Shown: positions 9,629 to 18,912 of the stretch, piece after piece
Layout: the number at the start of each line of letters is the position of its first letter
Numbering within the stretch: the first letter of the stretch is position 1
From: Nitrospinales bacterium
Lineage (GTDB): Bacteria > Nitrospinota > Nitrospinia > Nitrospinales > VA-1
NCBI GenBank assembly: GCA_965223345.1
Contig: CBDCWG010000012.1
Coordinates: 2,848,001-2,912,000 of the forward strand
Direction of reading: 5' to 3'
DNA: 64,000 bases
Translations under genes and position numbers: made by a program
Notes under the pieces: generated by a model
What the model saw: the letters and a program-made list of their open reading frames with translations, nothing else
What the model was told of the DNA's origin: nothing
The model's database searches: none

Positions 9629-10285
9629 TCATGCCTCGAGGATCTTCTCCTGGCGAAAAAAATGCAGGCAGTCCTCGACGATCCAGTCAACCTTGTCCAG
9701 CAATTGATGATCCGAATTCAACTCTTCGAGCTGGCACCAGGGATGTTCTTTCACAAACGCGCGCGATTCCGAAATGTCCACCGTGTCGTCGTGAATTCCA
9801 TGCACGATGCGCACTGGAATTCTTTTGCTGAACGCCAATTTTTCCCAGCGCTCCGCGTCCCGGAAAATATCGGTCTTTAGATGGATATATTTATTGTACC
9901 GATAATGGAAGACCTGGATCAAGTCCGGAATCTGATTTTCTCCTTTAAATTCAGCCCGAAGCCGTTCCTTCCAGCGTCCGAGGAAATTGAAGCCGGGGGC
10001 CATCAGATACAGCCCGACGACGTCCTGACGCCTCTGGGCGATCAGGGAGGCCAAAAATCCGCCCATGCTGCTGCCGATCAGGGCGAACCGGCTGCCCCGC
10101 AATGCGTTCATACAGCCTTCGGCGATCTCCACCTGGCTGGACAGCGTCATCCGTTGAAAATCCCCGCCTTGCAGGTCAGGAACTTTGAGCGGCAGCGAGC
10201 GCTCGCCGAACTCCTTTTTGAACACCTGCGCCTTGCTGGAACCGGGTCCGGATGCGAACCCATGCAGATAGACAAATTCAGTCAC
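9629..10285 (-). CDS. YqiA/YcfP (UPF0227) alpha/beta-fold esterase
   Basis: YLHGFASGPGSSKA, GSSMGG nucleophile elbow, HGIHDDTV, SDH. Confidence 0.88.
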   Translation of the reverse strand: MTEFVYLHGFASGPGSSKAQVFKKEFGERSLPLKVPDLQGGDFQRMTLSSQVEIAEGCMNALRGSRFALIGSSMGGFLASLIAQRRQDVVGLYLMAPGFNFLGRWKERLRAEFKGENQIPDLIQVFHYRYNKYIHLKTDIFRDAERWEKLAFSKRIPVRIVHGIHDDTVDISESRAFVKEHPWCQLEELNSDHQLLDKVDWIVEDCLHFFRQEKILEA

Positions 10286-10358
10286 GATTTTTCAGCCTGT
10301 TTGGACCCAATTCGCAATTACGGGTTTCCGGGAACGCCGGTTTTCACCGCAAAAAGCG

Positions 10359-11666
10359 TCATTTTTTCGCCAGGGCTTCCTTGGCTTTGCCTTCCAGTTC
10401 CTGCACGCTCGGCCGCATCCACTTGAGCAGCACCAGCCCCGGAAGCGCCGCCAGAAACGTCACGAAGAAAAACGGGATCCAGCCCGTCAATCCCATCCCG
10501 CCGACCAGGGCTTTCGCCAGGATGCCCGAAGGCGGCCCGCCGAAGATCCTTCCCAGCGACGAGGCTGCCGACAGCAGGGCGTACTGCATGGCGGTGAAAC
10601 GGTGGTCGCACAGAGCCATGAGAAACGCGATGAAGGCGACGGTGCCCATGCCGCCGGCCACATTTTCCAGTGTGACGGCGACGACGAGGACGAAATAGCT
10701 CTTGCCCACCGACGCCAGCCACATGAACGACAGGTTCGAGACGGCCTGCAGGATGCCGAAGTTCATCAGCGACCGGTACAGGCCCCAGCGGGTCACCAGG
10801 ACGCCGCCCCACAGGGTGCCGGCGATGGTGGCGGCGAAGACGATCACTTTGTAGATCGCGCCCAGCTCCACCTTGGTGAAACCCAGCCCTTCGATGTTGG
10901 GGCCGCCGCGTAAAAACGGCAGCGTGAAGATGCCGGCAGTGGCATCGCCCAGCTTGTAAAGGACGATCAAAACCAGAAAACCCCAGGCGCCCGGCCGGGA
11001 GAAAAATTCTTTCAGCGGGTCGATCACCGCATCCGCCAGCGTCCTGGGAGGCACGGTCTTTTCGTCCGGCTCCGGCCCCATCACGGAAGCCAGCACGCCG
11101 ATCCCCATAAACGCGGCCATGCCGAGAAAGGTCAGCCGCCAGCCCAGGTACTCGGCCAGGATCAAAGCCAGCGCGCCGGAAACCAGCATGGCCAGCCGGT
11201 AGCCGGTCACATAAACCGCCGCTCCCGGTCCGCGCTCCCGCGCCGGCAGCACATCGGTGCGGTAGGCATCGACCACGATGTCCTGCGACGCAGACGAAAA
11301 TGCCAAAGCCAGCGCCAGTCCGGCGATCAACCAGGGCATCTCCACCGGGGAGGACGAACTCATGCCGACGATGCAGAAAATGACCCCCACCTGAAACAGC
11401 AGGATCCATCCGCGTCTTCGCCCCAGAACCGGCGGAATGTAGCGATCCAGAACGGGCGCCCAGAGAAACTTGAAGGCGTAAGGCGCGGCCACCATGCCGA
11501 AAAAGCCGATGGTCTTGAGATCCACGCCCTCTTCCGTCATCCACACCTGCAGCGTGCTGCCGGAAAGCGCCAGGGGCAGCCCCGAGGCAAAACCCAGGAG
11601 CATCACCGTCCCTATGCGGATATTGGCCAGCGACTTGAGGGTGGATAGGACCGATTCTTTATTCAC
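10359..11666 (-). CDS. ampG: AmpG muropeptide MFS permease
   Basis: LGFASGLPLAL, FKFLWAPVLDR, LGRRRGWIL, SASQDIVVDAYR, YKLGDA, TAMQYALLS. Confidence 0.93.
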   Translation of the reverse strand: MNKESVLSTLKSLANIRIGTVMLLGFASGLPLALSGSTLQVWMTEEGVDLKTIGFFGMVAAPYAFKFLWAPVLDRYIPPVLGRRRGWILLFQVGVIFCIVGMSSSSPVEMPWLIAGLALALAFSSASQDIVVDAYRTDVLPARERGPGAAVYVTGYRLAMLVSGALALILAEYLGWRLTFLGMAAFMGIGVLASVMGPEPDEKTVPPRTLADAVIDPLKEFFSRPGAWGFLVLIVLYKLGDATAGIFTLPFLRGGPNIEGLGFTKVELGAIYKVIVFAATIAGTLWGGVLVTRWGLYRSLMNFGILQAVSNLSFMWLASVGKSYFVLVVAVTLENVAGGMGTVAFIAFLMALCDHRFTAMQYALLSAASSLGRIFGGPPSGILAKALVGGMGLTGWIPFFFVTFLAALPGLVLLKWMRPSVQELEGKAKEALAKK

Positions 11667-11849
11667 ACTCTCAGGATACCAAAAGTTCCTTTATTTTCAA
11701 TATTTTAAATAAATTACCCCTGAATTTCCGGTCTTTTTCGCATCCCGCGAACGTGCGCAAGATATCTCTATATCATTGATTTTATTGATTAAATAGCACC
11801 CTCCCCCCTCAATATCCTTGAATTTTCGTCTAATTACGGCATAACTTCG

Positions 11850-11879
11850 TTGACATTAAGCCTATAAGTACAATAAAAT
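11850..11879 (+). promoter_or_regulatory. Sigma70-type promoter upstream of the motB-like/cyclase/motA-like operon
   Basis: TTGACA (11850-11855), 18 nt, TAAAAT (11874-11879) in the AT-rich divergent intergenic region. Confidence 0.55.
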
Positions 11880-11982
11880 CAATAATAAACCCTATTTAGC
11901 CCCATCGATGCATCACGACGTCCGGAAGACGCGCATGCGTTCCGGTGCGTGGTTTTCGACTTCAGTGCGCGGATAATCGACT

Positions 11983-13521
11983 ATGAAAAACATGGACTCT
12001 TTGCAGATGGTGAAGGAACAGTTGAAGTTCCAGTCGCGCCGGCTGCAGAAGGTCCTGCAGGAAAAGGAAACGCTGCAAAACGAGCTGAAGGATTTCAAGT
12101 TCAACCACGAGAGCGAAATCTTCACGCTCAAGGAAACGATCGACGACAAAGACAAGATCATTCAGGAAGAGCAGCGCAAAGCTCTGGAAGCGCAGGTGGC
12201 GGCCACTTCCGCGCGTTCGCTGCGAACCTCTGCGGTTGACACGCATGTGCTGGCGGAAGACGACGATTCGCTGCCGCTCAATCCGGCGGACCTGAGACGC
12301 AAACTGATCATCCTGAGGGACCGCACTCTGCTTCTCCGGGAGCAGATCGAAGAAGAGAAACGCATCAACGTGCAGCTCAACGACGAGAATTCCCAGCTGC
12401 ACAAGGATCTCAAGGATTTGCACCGCGAAACCAACGCCGCCCAGGAGTTGAAGGCGAAGATTGAAGGACTGCGGGACCAGTTGAACGAAGCCCGGGAAAG
12501 CTCTTCCTTCTCTGGCCCCGCGATCAAGAAGCTGGTGCAGGAAAAGGAACAACTGCTGGACAAGTACGAAAAGATGGTGTTCGGCGATCTGTTTCCGGAT
12601 GGCAAGGGCGCGCTCGAGCAGGAAATCATCCAGGACCTGAAAACCGAGGTGGAGGACCTGGAATCGGAGAAGAACGCCATCCATCTGGAACTGGAGCTGA
12701 TGAAGGAAGACAACGCCCAGATGGAATCCAAGGTGAGCCTGCTGGAAGAAAGGGAGATCCAGGACGATTCCGAATACCGCACCAACTCCGAGAGCCGCGC
12801 GGCGGTCACCTCCGAGTTTTTCGGCGGGCTGGAGAATTTCCTCGTCACCTACTCGGACATGATCACCCTGCTTCTGGTGGTGTTCGTGCTGCTGTATTCC
12901 ATCTCCCGGGTGGACGACGAAAAATTCGCCGAAGCGCTGTCCTCGTTTCAGGAAAAGGAGCTGCGCATTGAAAAGGTCAATGTGCGGCTCGACTCCAAGG
13001 AGCTGGAAATGCTCAAACGGGTCAAGGAGCTGGTCAAGGACAACGTCGATCCGGAGAGCCTGGTGCGCAGCGACGTGCGCACGGTGATGATCCGGCTGAA
13101 ATCCTCGGACCTGTTCGCACCGGGAAGCGCCACATTGATAGAAGGCGCGGAGGATCTGATTCTCAACGCCATCGCCGCAGAGATGCAGGACGGCGTCAAG
13201 CAGGTGCTGGTGGACGGCCACACGGACGATGTGCCGCTGGGCGACGGTTCGGTCTATCCGAGCAACTGGGAGCTCTCGACTGCGCGGGCGTCCGGGGTGG
13301 CGCGGGTCATTCTGGGAAAAATGAACCTGCCGCCGGAACGCATGGTGGTCACGGGCTACGGCCAGTACCGGCCTTACAAACCGAACAACAGCGACCAGAA
13401 CCGCTCGCTCAACCGGCGGGTGGAGATCAAGATATTGAAGGACAAAGCGCTGGAAACCGGGCAGCAGGAGTCCAAAAAGCGGGGCAGCTCGATCGCCCCG
13501 GAAGCCCTGAAACTGAGTTGA
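11983..13521 (+). CDS. MotB/PomB-like stator B subunit with long N-terminal coiled coil and OmpA-like peptidoglycan-binding domain
   Basis: TM motif FLVTYSDMITLLLVVFVLLYSIS with the conserved Asp; LFAPGSATL, VDGHTDDVP, SNWELSTARA, GYGQYRP, NRRVEI; preceding ~285 aa is E/K/L/Q-rich and heptad-like. Confidence 0.9.
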   Translation: MKNMDSLQMVKEQLKFQSRRLQKVLQEKETLQNELKDFKFNHESEIFTLKETIDDKDKIIQEEQRKALEAQVAATSARSLRTSAVDTHVLAEDDDSLPLNPADLRRKLIILRDRTLLLREQIEEEKRINVQLNDENSQLHKDLKDLHRETNAAQELKAKIEGLRDQLNEARESSSFSGPAIKKLVQEKEQLLDKYEKMVFGDLFPDGKGALEQEIIQDLKTEVEDLESEKNAIHLELELMKEDNAQMESKVSLLEEREIQDDSEYRTNSESRAAVTSEFFGGLENFLVTYSDMITLLLVVFVLLYSISRVDDEKFAEALSSFQEKELRIEKVNVRLDSKELEMLKRVKELVKDNVDPESLVRSDVRTVMIRLKSSDLFAPGSATLIEGAEDLILNAIAAEMQDGVKQVLVDGHTDDVPLGDGSVYPSNWELSTARASGVARVILGKMNLPPERMVVTGYGQYRPYKPNNSDQNRSLNRRVEIKILKDKALETGQQESKKRGSSIAPEALKLS

Positions 13522-13546
13522 ATCCTTTAATCGAGAGCGGCCTTTG

Positions 13547-15631
13547 ATGGAAGCGGCAGCACAAAACAGCACGAAACCGGGCAATCTCTTCGGCAACCGC
13601 CAGAAATTTCTCCGTTTCAATCAGTTCAAGATCGACCGCACCCTGAAAACCCTGAGCGAGACGGATCGCACGGTGTTTGCGGTGCTGCCGCGGCTGCTGC
13701 ACGTCAACCAGGAGGGGCTGCCGGGTTATCTGGACGATCAGGTGCCGTGCGGCATCTTCAATTTCGAGCTGTCGCGCGAATGCCAGGTGCACTGCGAAAA
13801 ACTGTTTCCCAACGTCATCATCCGCCGCAACGAGCGGCTCAGCCCGATCATCTACTCGGTTCTGCTGATCGGCAGCGTCGGCACCGTCGCGCAGACCAAA
13901 AAATCGGACCTGGACTTCACCCTGCTGGTGGACAAATCCAAGTTCACCGACGAATCGATGCGGCTGTTCCAGAAGAAGCTCAACCTGATCGAGCAGTGGA
14001 CCTGGAACGAGTATCAGCTGGAGACGCATTTTTTCATCAACGACCATCAGGAAGTGAAAAACAACATCTTCGGCGAAAGCGACAGCGAAAGCACCGGCTC
14101 GGCGCTGGCGCAGCTGCTCAAGGAGGAGATGTACCGCAGCCTGATCCTGGTTTCCGGGAAAATCCCCTTCTGGTGGATCGTGCCGGTGAACACCGACGAC
14201 GCGACCTACGACAAAATGTACCACCGGGTGGGAACGGGCAAGACGCTGTTGAAAAAAGAGGATTTCATCGACATCGGCAATCTGGACGACATCTCCGACG
14301 GCGAGTTTTTCGGCGGCTCGATCTGGACGCTGATCAAATCGTTCAGCTCGCCGTTCAAGCAGCTGATGAAAATGGGGCTGCTGGAAGACTACATGTTCAA
14401 CCGCACCCGCTTCAACCTGCTGTGCCACGAGGTGAAACACCGGGTGCATTCCGACACGCCGCACAAGTCGATCGATCCCTACATCCTGCTGTTCGAGCGG
14501 GTGCAGAAGTTTTTCGAGGAAAGCAAAACGCCGAACGAACTCGACGCGCTGCGCGCCGCGTTCTACATGAAGGTGGGAACCCAGATCACGGCGGAGGAAT
14601 TCGAATGCGGCTCGGAAGACTGGAAAAAATTCGCCCTGGTGGAGCTGCTGCACACCTGGGGCTGGCCGACCGCCAAGCTGGACCAGATCAACGGCTACAA
14701 CGGCTGGCAGATGAAGCAGAAAGTGGCCCTAGGCAACCGCATCAACAAAATCCTGATGAATTCCTACCGCAACATTTCGGAAAAAAACGACACGCTGGAA
14801 TCCGGCAAGAACCTGATCTCGGAAAAGGACACGCATCTGCTGGGCCGCAAGCTGTTCAGCTTTTACCGCAAAGCGCCCAACAAGGTGGAAAACCTGTTTT
14901 CGCTGGTGGACGGGGAAACGGCGGAGAAGGAGCTGACGTTCCTCTACGATCAACCGGCGGAACGGCGCGAGGGGCACTGGTATCTGATCCGCGGCCGCAC
15001 GTCGGCGTTCATCGAACAGATCGCGCCGGAGAACATCATCAAAAAATCGGCGACATTTCCGTTTCTGATCGCGTTCGCCGCGTTCAACAAGCTGTACCGC
15101 AGCTCGACCGATCTGATGGTGCGCGCCGAAGGCAACACGATCCGGGAAACCGACGTGCGGATTCTGCTCAACCAGCTGTCGTCGTTCTTTTCCCAAGTCA
15201 ACATCGCGGCGATCTCCAACAAGGACCTGCTTTCCGATGTGCGCATCAACAAACTGTATCTGCTGGTCGATTTCGGCGTCCCCATCCCGCGGGAAATCGT
15301 GATGGGCAACATCCGCGAATGCAAAACCGAAGAGGAACTGTCCCGGTTCATCAACCGGCGGCTGGAACGCATCCGCAGCATGACGACGATCTACCTGACC
15401 TCCTGGGGCGAGCTGTTTTGTAAAACCTATTCCGGCCTGCACTGCATGGACCGCGGCCTGCACGAGCTGACGCCGCAGATCGATCCCGAAAGCGTGCAGA
15501 ACCGCAACTTTTTAAAAGTGTATGTGCCGACGGGACGCAGCGAGATATTGATGATCCCCTGGCTGAACAATTATCTGAAACGATCTCTGCAAACCAGAAA
15601 AAGGGCCTACGCCGAAACGGCGGCGGGCTGA
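13547..15631 (+). CDS. cyaA: Class I (CyaA-type) adenylate cyclase
   Basis: LPRLLHVN; IGSVGTVAQTKKSDLDF (GS...DxD nucleotidyltransferase motif); ETHFF; ESTGSA...LLKEEMYRS...GKIPFWW; FFGGSIWTLIKSFSSPFK; DPY. Confidence 0.82.
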   Translation: MEAAAQNSTKPGNLFGNRQKFLRFNQFKIDRTLKTLSETDRTVFAVLPRLLHVNQEGLPGYLDDQVPCGIFNFELSRECQVHCEKLFPNVIIRRNERLSPIIYSVLLIGSVGTVAQTKKSDLDFTLLVDKSKFTDESMRLFQKKLNLIEQWTWNEYQLETHFFINDHQEVKNNIFGESDSESTGSALAQLLKEEMYRSLILVSGKIPFWWIVPVNTDDATYDKMYHRVGTGKTLLKKEDFIDIGNLDDISDGEFFGGSIWTLIKSFSSPFKQLMKMGLLEDYMFNRTRFNLLCHEVKHRVHSDTPHKSIDPYILLFERVQKFFEESKTPNELDALRAAFYMKVGTQITAEEFECGSEDWKKFALVELLHTWGWPTAKLDQINGYNGWQMKQKVALGNRINKILMNSYRNISEKNDTLESGKNLISEKDTHLLGRKLFSFYRKAPNKVENLFSLVDGETAEKELTFLYDQPAERREGHWYLIRGRTSAFIEQIAPENIIKKSATFPFLIAFAAFNKLYRSSTDLMVRAEGNTIRETDVRILLNQLSSFFSQVNIAAISNKDLLSDVRINKLYLLVDFGVPIPREIVMGNIRECKTEEELSRFINRRLERIRSMTTIYLTSWGELFCKTYSGLHCMDRGLHELTPQIDPESVQNRNFLKVYVPTGRSEILMIPWLNNYLKRSLQTRKRAYAETAAG

Positions 15632-15639
15632 ACACAATC

Positions 15640-16464
15640 ATGGCGACGGCAGTCAAAGAAGCGGAACGCATTCGAACACTCGTACACACGGACTCCAAGG
15701 AAGCGATGCGCGTGGAGAAGGGCACGTACGTGGGAATCCTGGCGGGAACCGGGTTGATCGCCATCGCCATCCTGCGCGGCGGCGATCCGGGCCTGTTTTT
15801 GAATATCAACAGCGCGCTGATCGTTCTAGGCGGCACCCTGGCGACCACGTTCATCGCATTTTCGTCGCGCCGCATCCTGCGAATGCTGCCGGTGATCCTG
15901 CACGCCTTCAAGAAAGAAACGCGGCGCACCACGGACTATGTGGACGACGTAATGCTGCTGGCGTCCAACTACCGCACCGGAGGCATGAAGAAACTGGAAA
16001 GCCGGGAGGAAAACCTGGAGAACCGGTTTCTGCGCAGCGGCGTGTCGATGATCGTCGATGGCTACAGCTCGCGCGAGATCAACGAAATCCTCGACCGGGA
16101 GATCGCCTCCATGATCGAGCGGCACCACGCGGGCCAGAAAATCCTGCGCTTCATGGCCATGCAGGCGCCGGTGTTCGGGATGTGCGGCACGCTGATCGGA
16201 CTGATCCAGATGCTGATGCACCTGGACGATCCGGCGAAGATCGGCCCGTACCTGGCGACGGCCCTGATCACCACGTTTTACGGGCTCATCCTGGCCAACC
16301 TGGTGATCACGCCGTTGGTGGCGAAGCTGCACTCCAAGACCGAACACGAAACGTTGATCAACAAAGCGCTGCGGGTCGGCGTCCTGGGCATCCACGACCG
16401 GCTGAACCCGCAGAAAATCAGAAAGAACATGAACTCGCTCTTACCCCCGGACCAGCAAAGGTAA
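15640..16464 (+). CDS. MotA/PomA-like stator A subunit
   Basis: SALIVLGGTLAT, FLRSGVSMIVDG, APVFGMCGTLIGLIQML, DDPAKIGPYLATALITTFYGLILANL. Confidence 0.9.
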   Translation: MATAVKEAERIRTLVHTDSKEAMRVEKGTYVGILAGTGLIAIAILRGGDPGLFLNINSALIVLGGTLATTFIAFSSRRILRMLPVILHAFKKETRRTTDYVDDVMLLASNYRTGGMKKLESREENLENRFLRSGVSMIVDGYSSREINEILDREIASMIERHHAGQKILRFMAMQAPVFGMCGTLIGLIQMLMHLDDPAKIGPYLATALITTFYGLILANLVITPLVAKLHSKTEHETLINKALRVGVLGIHDRLNPQKIRKNMNSLLPPDQQR

Positions 16465-16471
16465 AGGAATT

Positions 16472-17326
16472 ATGTCGCAACAAGTGGAAGAATTTCTGGA
16501 ACTGATCAAGGAAAACCCGCAGCAGAACGGGCAGGACTTCAGCGAATACAAGCTGGAGGGCATCCGCCTGAGCGGTGTGCGCATGGACTCGGCGCGCCTG
16601 AACCGCATCAATTTTGCGGAAGCGGAGCTTTCGCAGATGCGGGTCACGCGCAGCCAGATGCAGCAGGCTTCGCTGCGCAAGGCCCGGATCAAGGATGTGG
16701 ACTTTTCCGGCGCCAACCTTCAGGGCACAGACTTTCAGGACGCGGTGCTGGTCAACTGCGTGTTCCGCAACACCAATCTGGAAAACTGCGACTTCTCCGG
16801 CGCGCAGCTCAAATCCTGCGACCTGAAGGGCGCGAACATGGGCTACGCCAATTTTTACTCGGCGAAGATGAAGGACTGCGACCTGTCGTTCGCGCGCATG
16901 ATCTACGGCTTCCTCAAGGAGATCGAGATCATCAATTCGCGCATGAACGGCATCAACGCGCGCGGCTCGGATTTCAGCTACGCCAAAATCGGCAACGTCG
17001 ATCTGAGCGGCGGCAACCTGAAATACGCCGATCTCAATTCCTGCACGCTGAAAAAAGTCAACCTGCGCACGGCGATCCTGATCGGCGCGGAACTCAAGGA
17101 CGCGCACTGCGTGCACCTGACCATCGAGGAAGCCAACCTGGAAGGCGCGAACCTGACCTACGCCAACCTGGAGGGCTCCAACCTGAAAAACGCCTTCCTG
17201 CTGGAGGCGAACCTGCACGGCACCAATTTCACCAACGCCAATCTGAAAGACGCCTACGTGGTCGATGCCAACATCGCCAAGGCCATCACCAAAGGCGCCA
17301 ACCTGGAAAACACCGTGCTGCAATAG
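16472..17326 (+). CDS. Pentapeptide repeat protein
   Basis: Nearly the whole protein is A(N/D)(L/F)xx repeats (ANLQG TDFQD AVLVN ... ANLEG ANLTY ANLEG); RBS AAGGA upstream. Confidence 0.93.
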   Translation: MSQQVEEFLELIKENPQQNGQDFSEYKLEGIRLSGVRMDSARLNRINFAEAELSQMRVTRSQMQQASLRKARIKDVDFSGANLQGTDFQDAVLVNCVFRNTNLENCDFSGAQLKSCDLKGANMGYANFYSAKMKDCDLSFARMIYGFLKEIEIINSRMNGINARGSDFSYAKIGNVDLSGGNLKYADLNSCTLKKVNLRTAILIGAELKDAHCVHLTIEEANLEGANLTYANLEGSNLKNAFLLEANLHGTNFTNANLKDAYVVDANIAKAITKGANLENTVLQ

Positions 17327-17573
17327 TCCCCTTTCCCACTGCACTCAAAGCGGGCAAGCCCCGATAGACACTATTTCCATAGCTTGCCAAATCCTCTGTA
17401 TTTCCGCCGCGAACGCCTGTTTGCGCGGCATCATACTCACAACCATTACCACTATATTTAATGGTATCGTTTATCATTAACCTGGTGTGCGTTGCCTTTA
17501 GGCGTTGTCAAACCGCGTCGTATGCGTTGGGCGGCGTGTTCGTGTAAAACGGGACGAAGATGAAGGAACGATC

Positions 17574-17942
17574 ATGGCGGAAACGGTTCTGGCTCTGCAT
17601 CTGTTGATCATCCTGTTTTTTCTGGTGGGATTCCCGGTCGGGCTGATCACCAACCACCGGTTACTGCGGCTGTTTCACGCCGCGGCGCTGGCTTTCGTGA
17701 CCGGGCTCATGCTGCTCGGCATCCCCTGCCCGCTCACAATCTGGGAGGAAGCGCTGAGCGAGGGGTCCTACGAGGGCTCGTTCATCGCGTTCTGGCTGAG
17801 ACGGATTATCTATCTCGAGTGGTTCGAGCCGCGCCACGTGCTGATCGCCGATGTGATCTTCGCGGTGCTGGTGTTCACCTCGTTTATCTGGCGGCCTCTG
17901 CGAAAAAAAGACCGCAAGCAGGCCACGCCCGCCGGCTCATGA
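17574..17942 (+). CDS. DUF2784 family membrane protein
   Basis: LHL...FRL-like segment followed by H and CPLTIWEEAL, YEGSFIAFWLRRIIY. Confidence 0.8.
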   Translation: MAETVLALHLLIILFFLVGFPVGLITNHRLLRLFHAAALAFVTGLMLLGIPCPLTIWEEALSEGSYEGSFIAFWLRRIIYLEWFEPRHVLIADVIFAVLVFTSFIWRPLRKKDRKQATPAGS

Positions 17943-18836
17943 AGCGCCGGCCGCGCTTTCCGCCCCTTTGGGCAGAAACCCGGTGGCGCAGCGGAAGCCG
18001 ACGTTTTCGAAGTAGTCGTCCGCCGGCACTTCGGTGCGGTTGAACGCGTAGCGGTAGGCGTCTAGGAAGTAATGCCCGGCTTTCTGGAAAGCGTTGCCGC
18101 GCAGCACCTTGAACTTCGTGCCGAAGCGCGGGTCCTTGAAGTCATTGCCGGGATAGGCGCGGTACCAGTCCTGCGTCCATTCCATCACATTGCCCGCCAT
18201 GTCGAACACCCCGTAGGGGCTTTTGTCCTTCGCATAGCTGCCGACGGCGGCGGTCTTGCGGTCGCCCTCGATCCCCATGTTGGCGATGCCTTTCTCGTAC
18301 ACCTCCCCCCAGGGGTAAGGCTGGCCATCGGCTCCACGCGCCGCTTTCTCCCACTGCGCTTCGCTGGGCAGCTGGCGTCCGGCCCAGGCGCAGTAGGCAA
18401 AGGCTTCGCTCCAGACGATGTTGGTGACGGGGTGATCCTCGAGGCCTTCGGGAAAGGTGTTCTGCTGCCAGTTCATGGGATAGTCCGGAAACTGCGTTTC
18501 CACGATGAAGCGTTTGTACTCTTTGTTGGTGATCTCGTGCCGGTCGATGTAGAACGCGTCCAGTTCGAGCGTGCGCTCGGGATGCTGGTCGAGGTAGAGC
18601 GGCTTGACGGTGCCGATCTTCTGGTGCGTGTTCTCGGTGTCGGTTTTGTCCGTTCCCATAATGAATTGCCCGGCGGGAATCAGGATCAGCTCCTTGCCGT
18701 CGATGGGCGAGACCTTGGTCGCCGGCAGGGTGCCCGCCGCGCCGGGCGCGCAGTCGCAAAGCATTTCCTGGCAACCGGATAGCAGGAGCCACAGGCAAAA
18801 ACCGGCCAATTTCACGTATTTTTTTCTAATTTGCAT
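17937..18836 (-). CDS. Formylglycine-generating-enzyme (SUMF1/EgtB/PvdO) domain lipoprotein
   Basis: Lipobox LSGC; IPAGQFIMG, FYIDRHEITN, HPVTNI, LPSEAQWEKAARG, YPWG, DMAGNVMEW, VGFRC. Confidence 0.9.
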   Translation of the reverse strand: MQIRKKYVKLAGFCLWLLLSGCQEMLCDCAPGAAGTLPATKVSPIDGKELILIPAGQFIMGTDKTDTENTHQKIGTVKPLYLDQHPERTLELDAFYIDRHEITNKEYKRFIVETQFPDYPMNWQQNTFPEGLEDHPVTNIVWSEAFAYCAWAGRQLPSEAQWEKAARGADGQPYPWGEVYEKGIANMGIEGDRKTAAVGSYAKDKSPYGVFDMAGNVMEWTQDWYRAYPGNDFKDPRFGTKFKVLRGNAFQKAGHYFLDAYRYAFNRTEVPADDYFENVGFRCATGFLPKGAESAAGAS

Positions 18837-18912
18837 GGTCTTCGTAATAGAATGGTGTTTTCCTCCAAAGCGCCGATTTCACCCCGCATGCGGCACGGTA
18901 TCCAGTAACTAT

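Noticed and set aside
11983..17326. Canonical Zorya anti-phage system
   Set aside because: The A subunit is PomA-sized with no long tail, the gene order is B then A, and no ZorC/D/E-like helicase or nuclease is present; kept only as an analogy
18604..18912. N-terminal extension of the 487-aa propeller ORF
   Set aside because: Overlaps the FGE gene on the other strand; the signal peptide starts at ATG 18913
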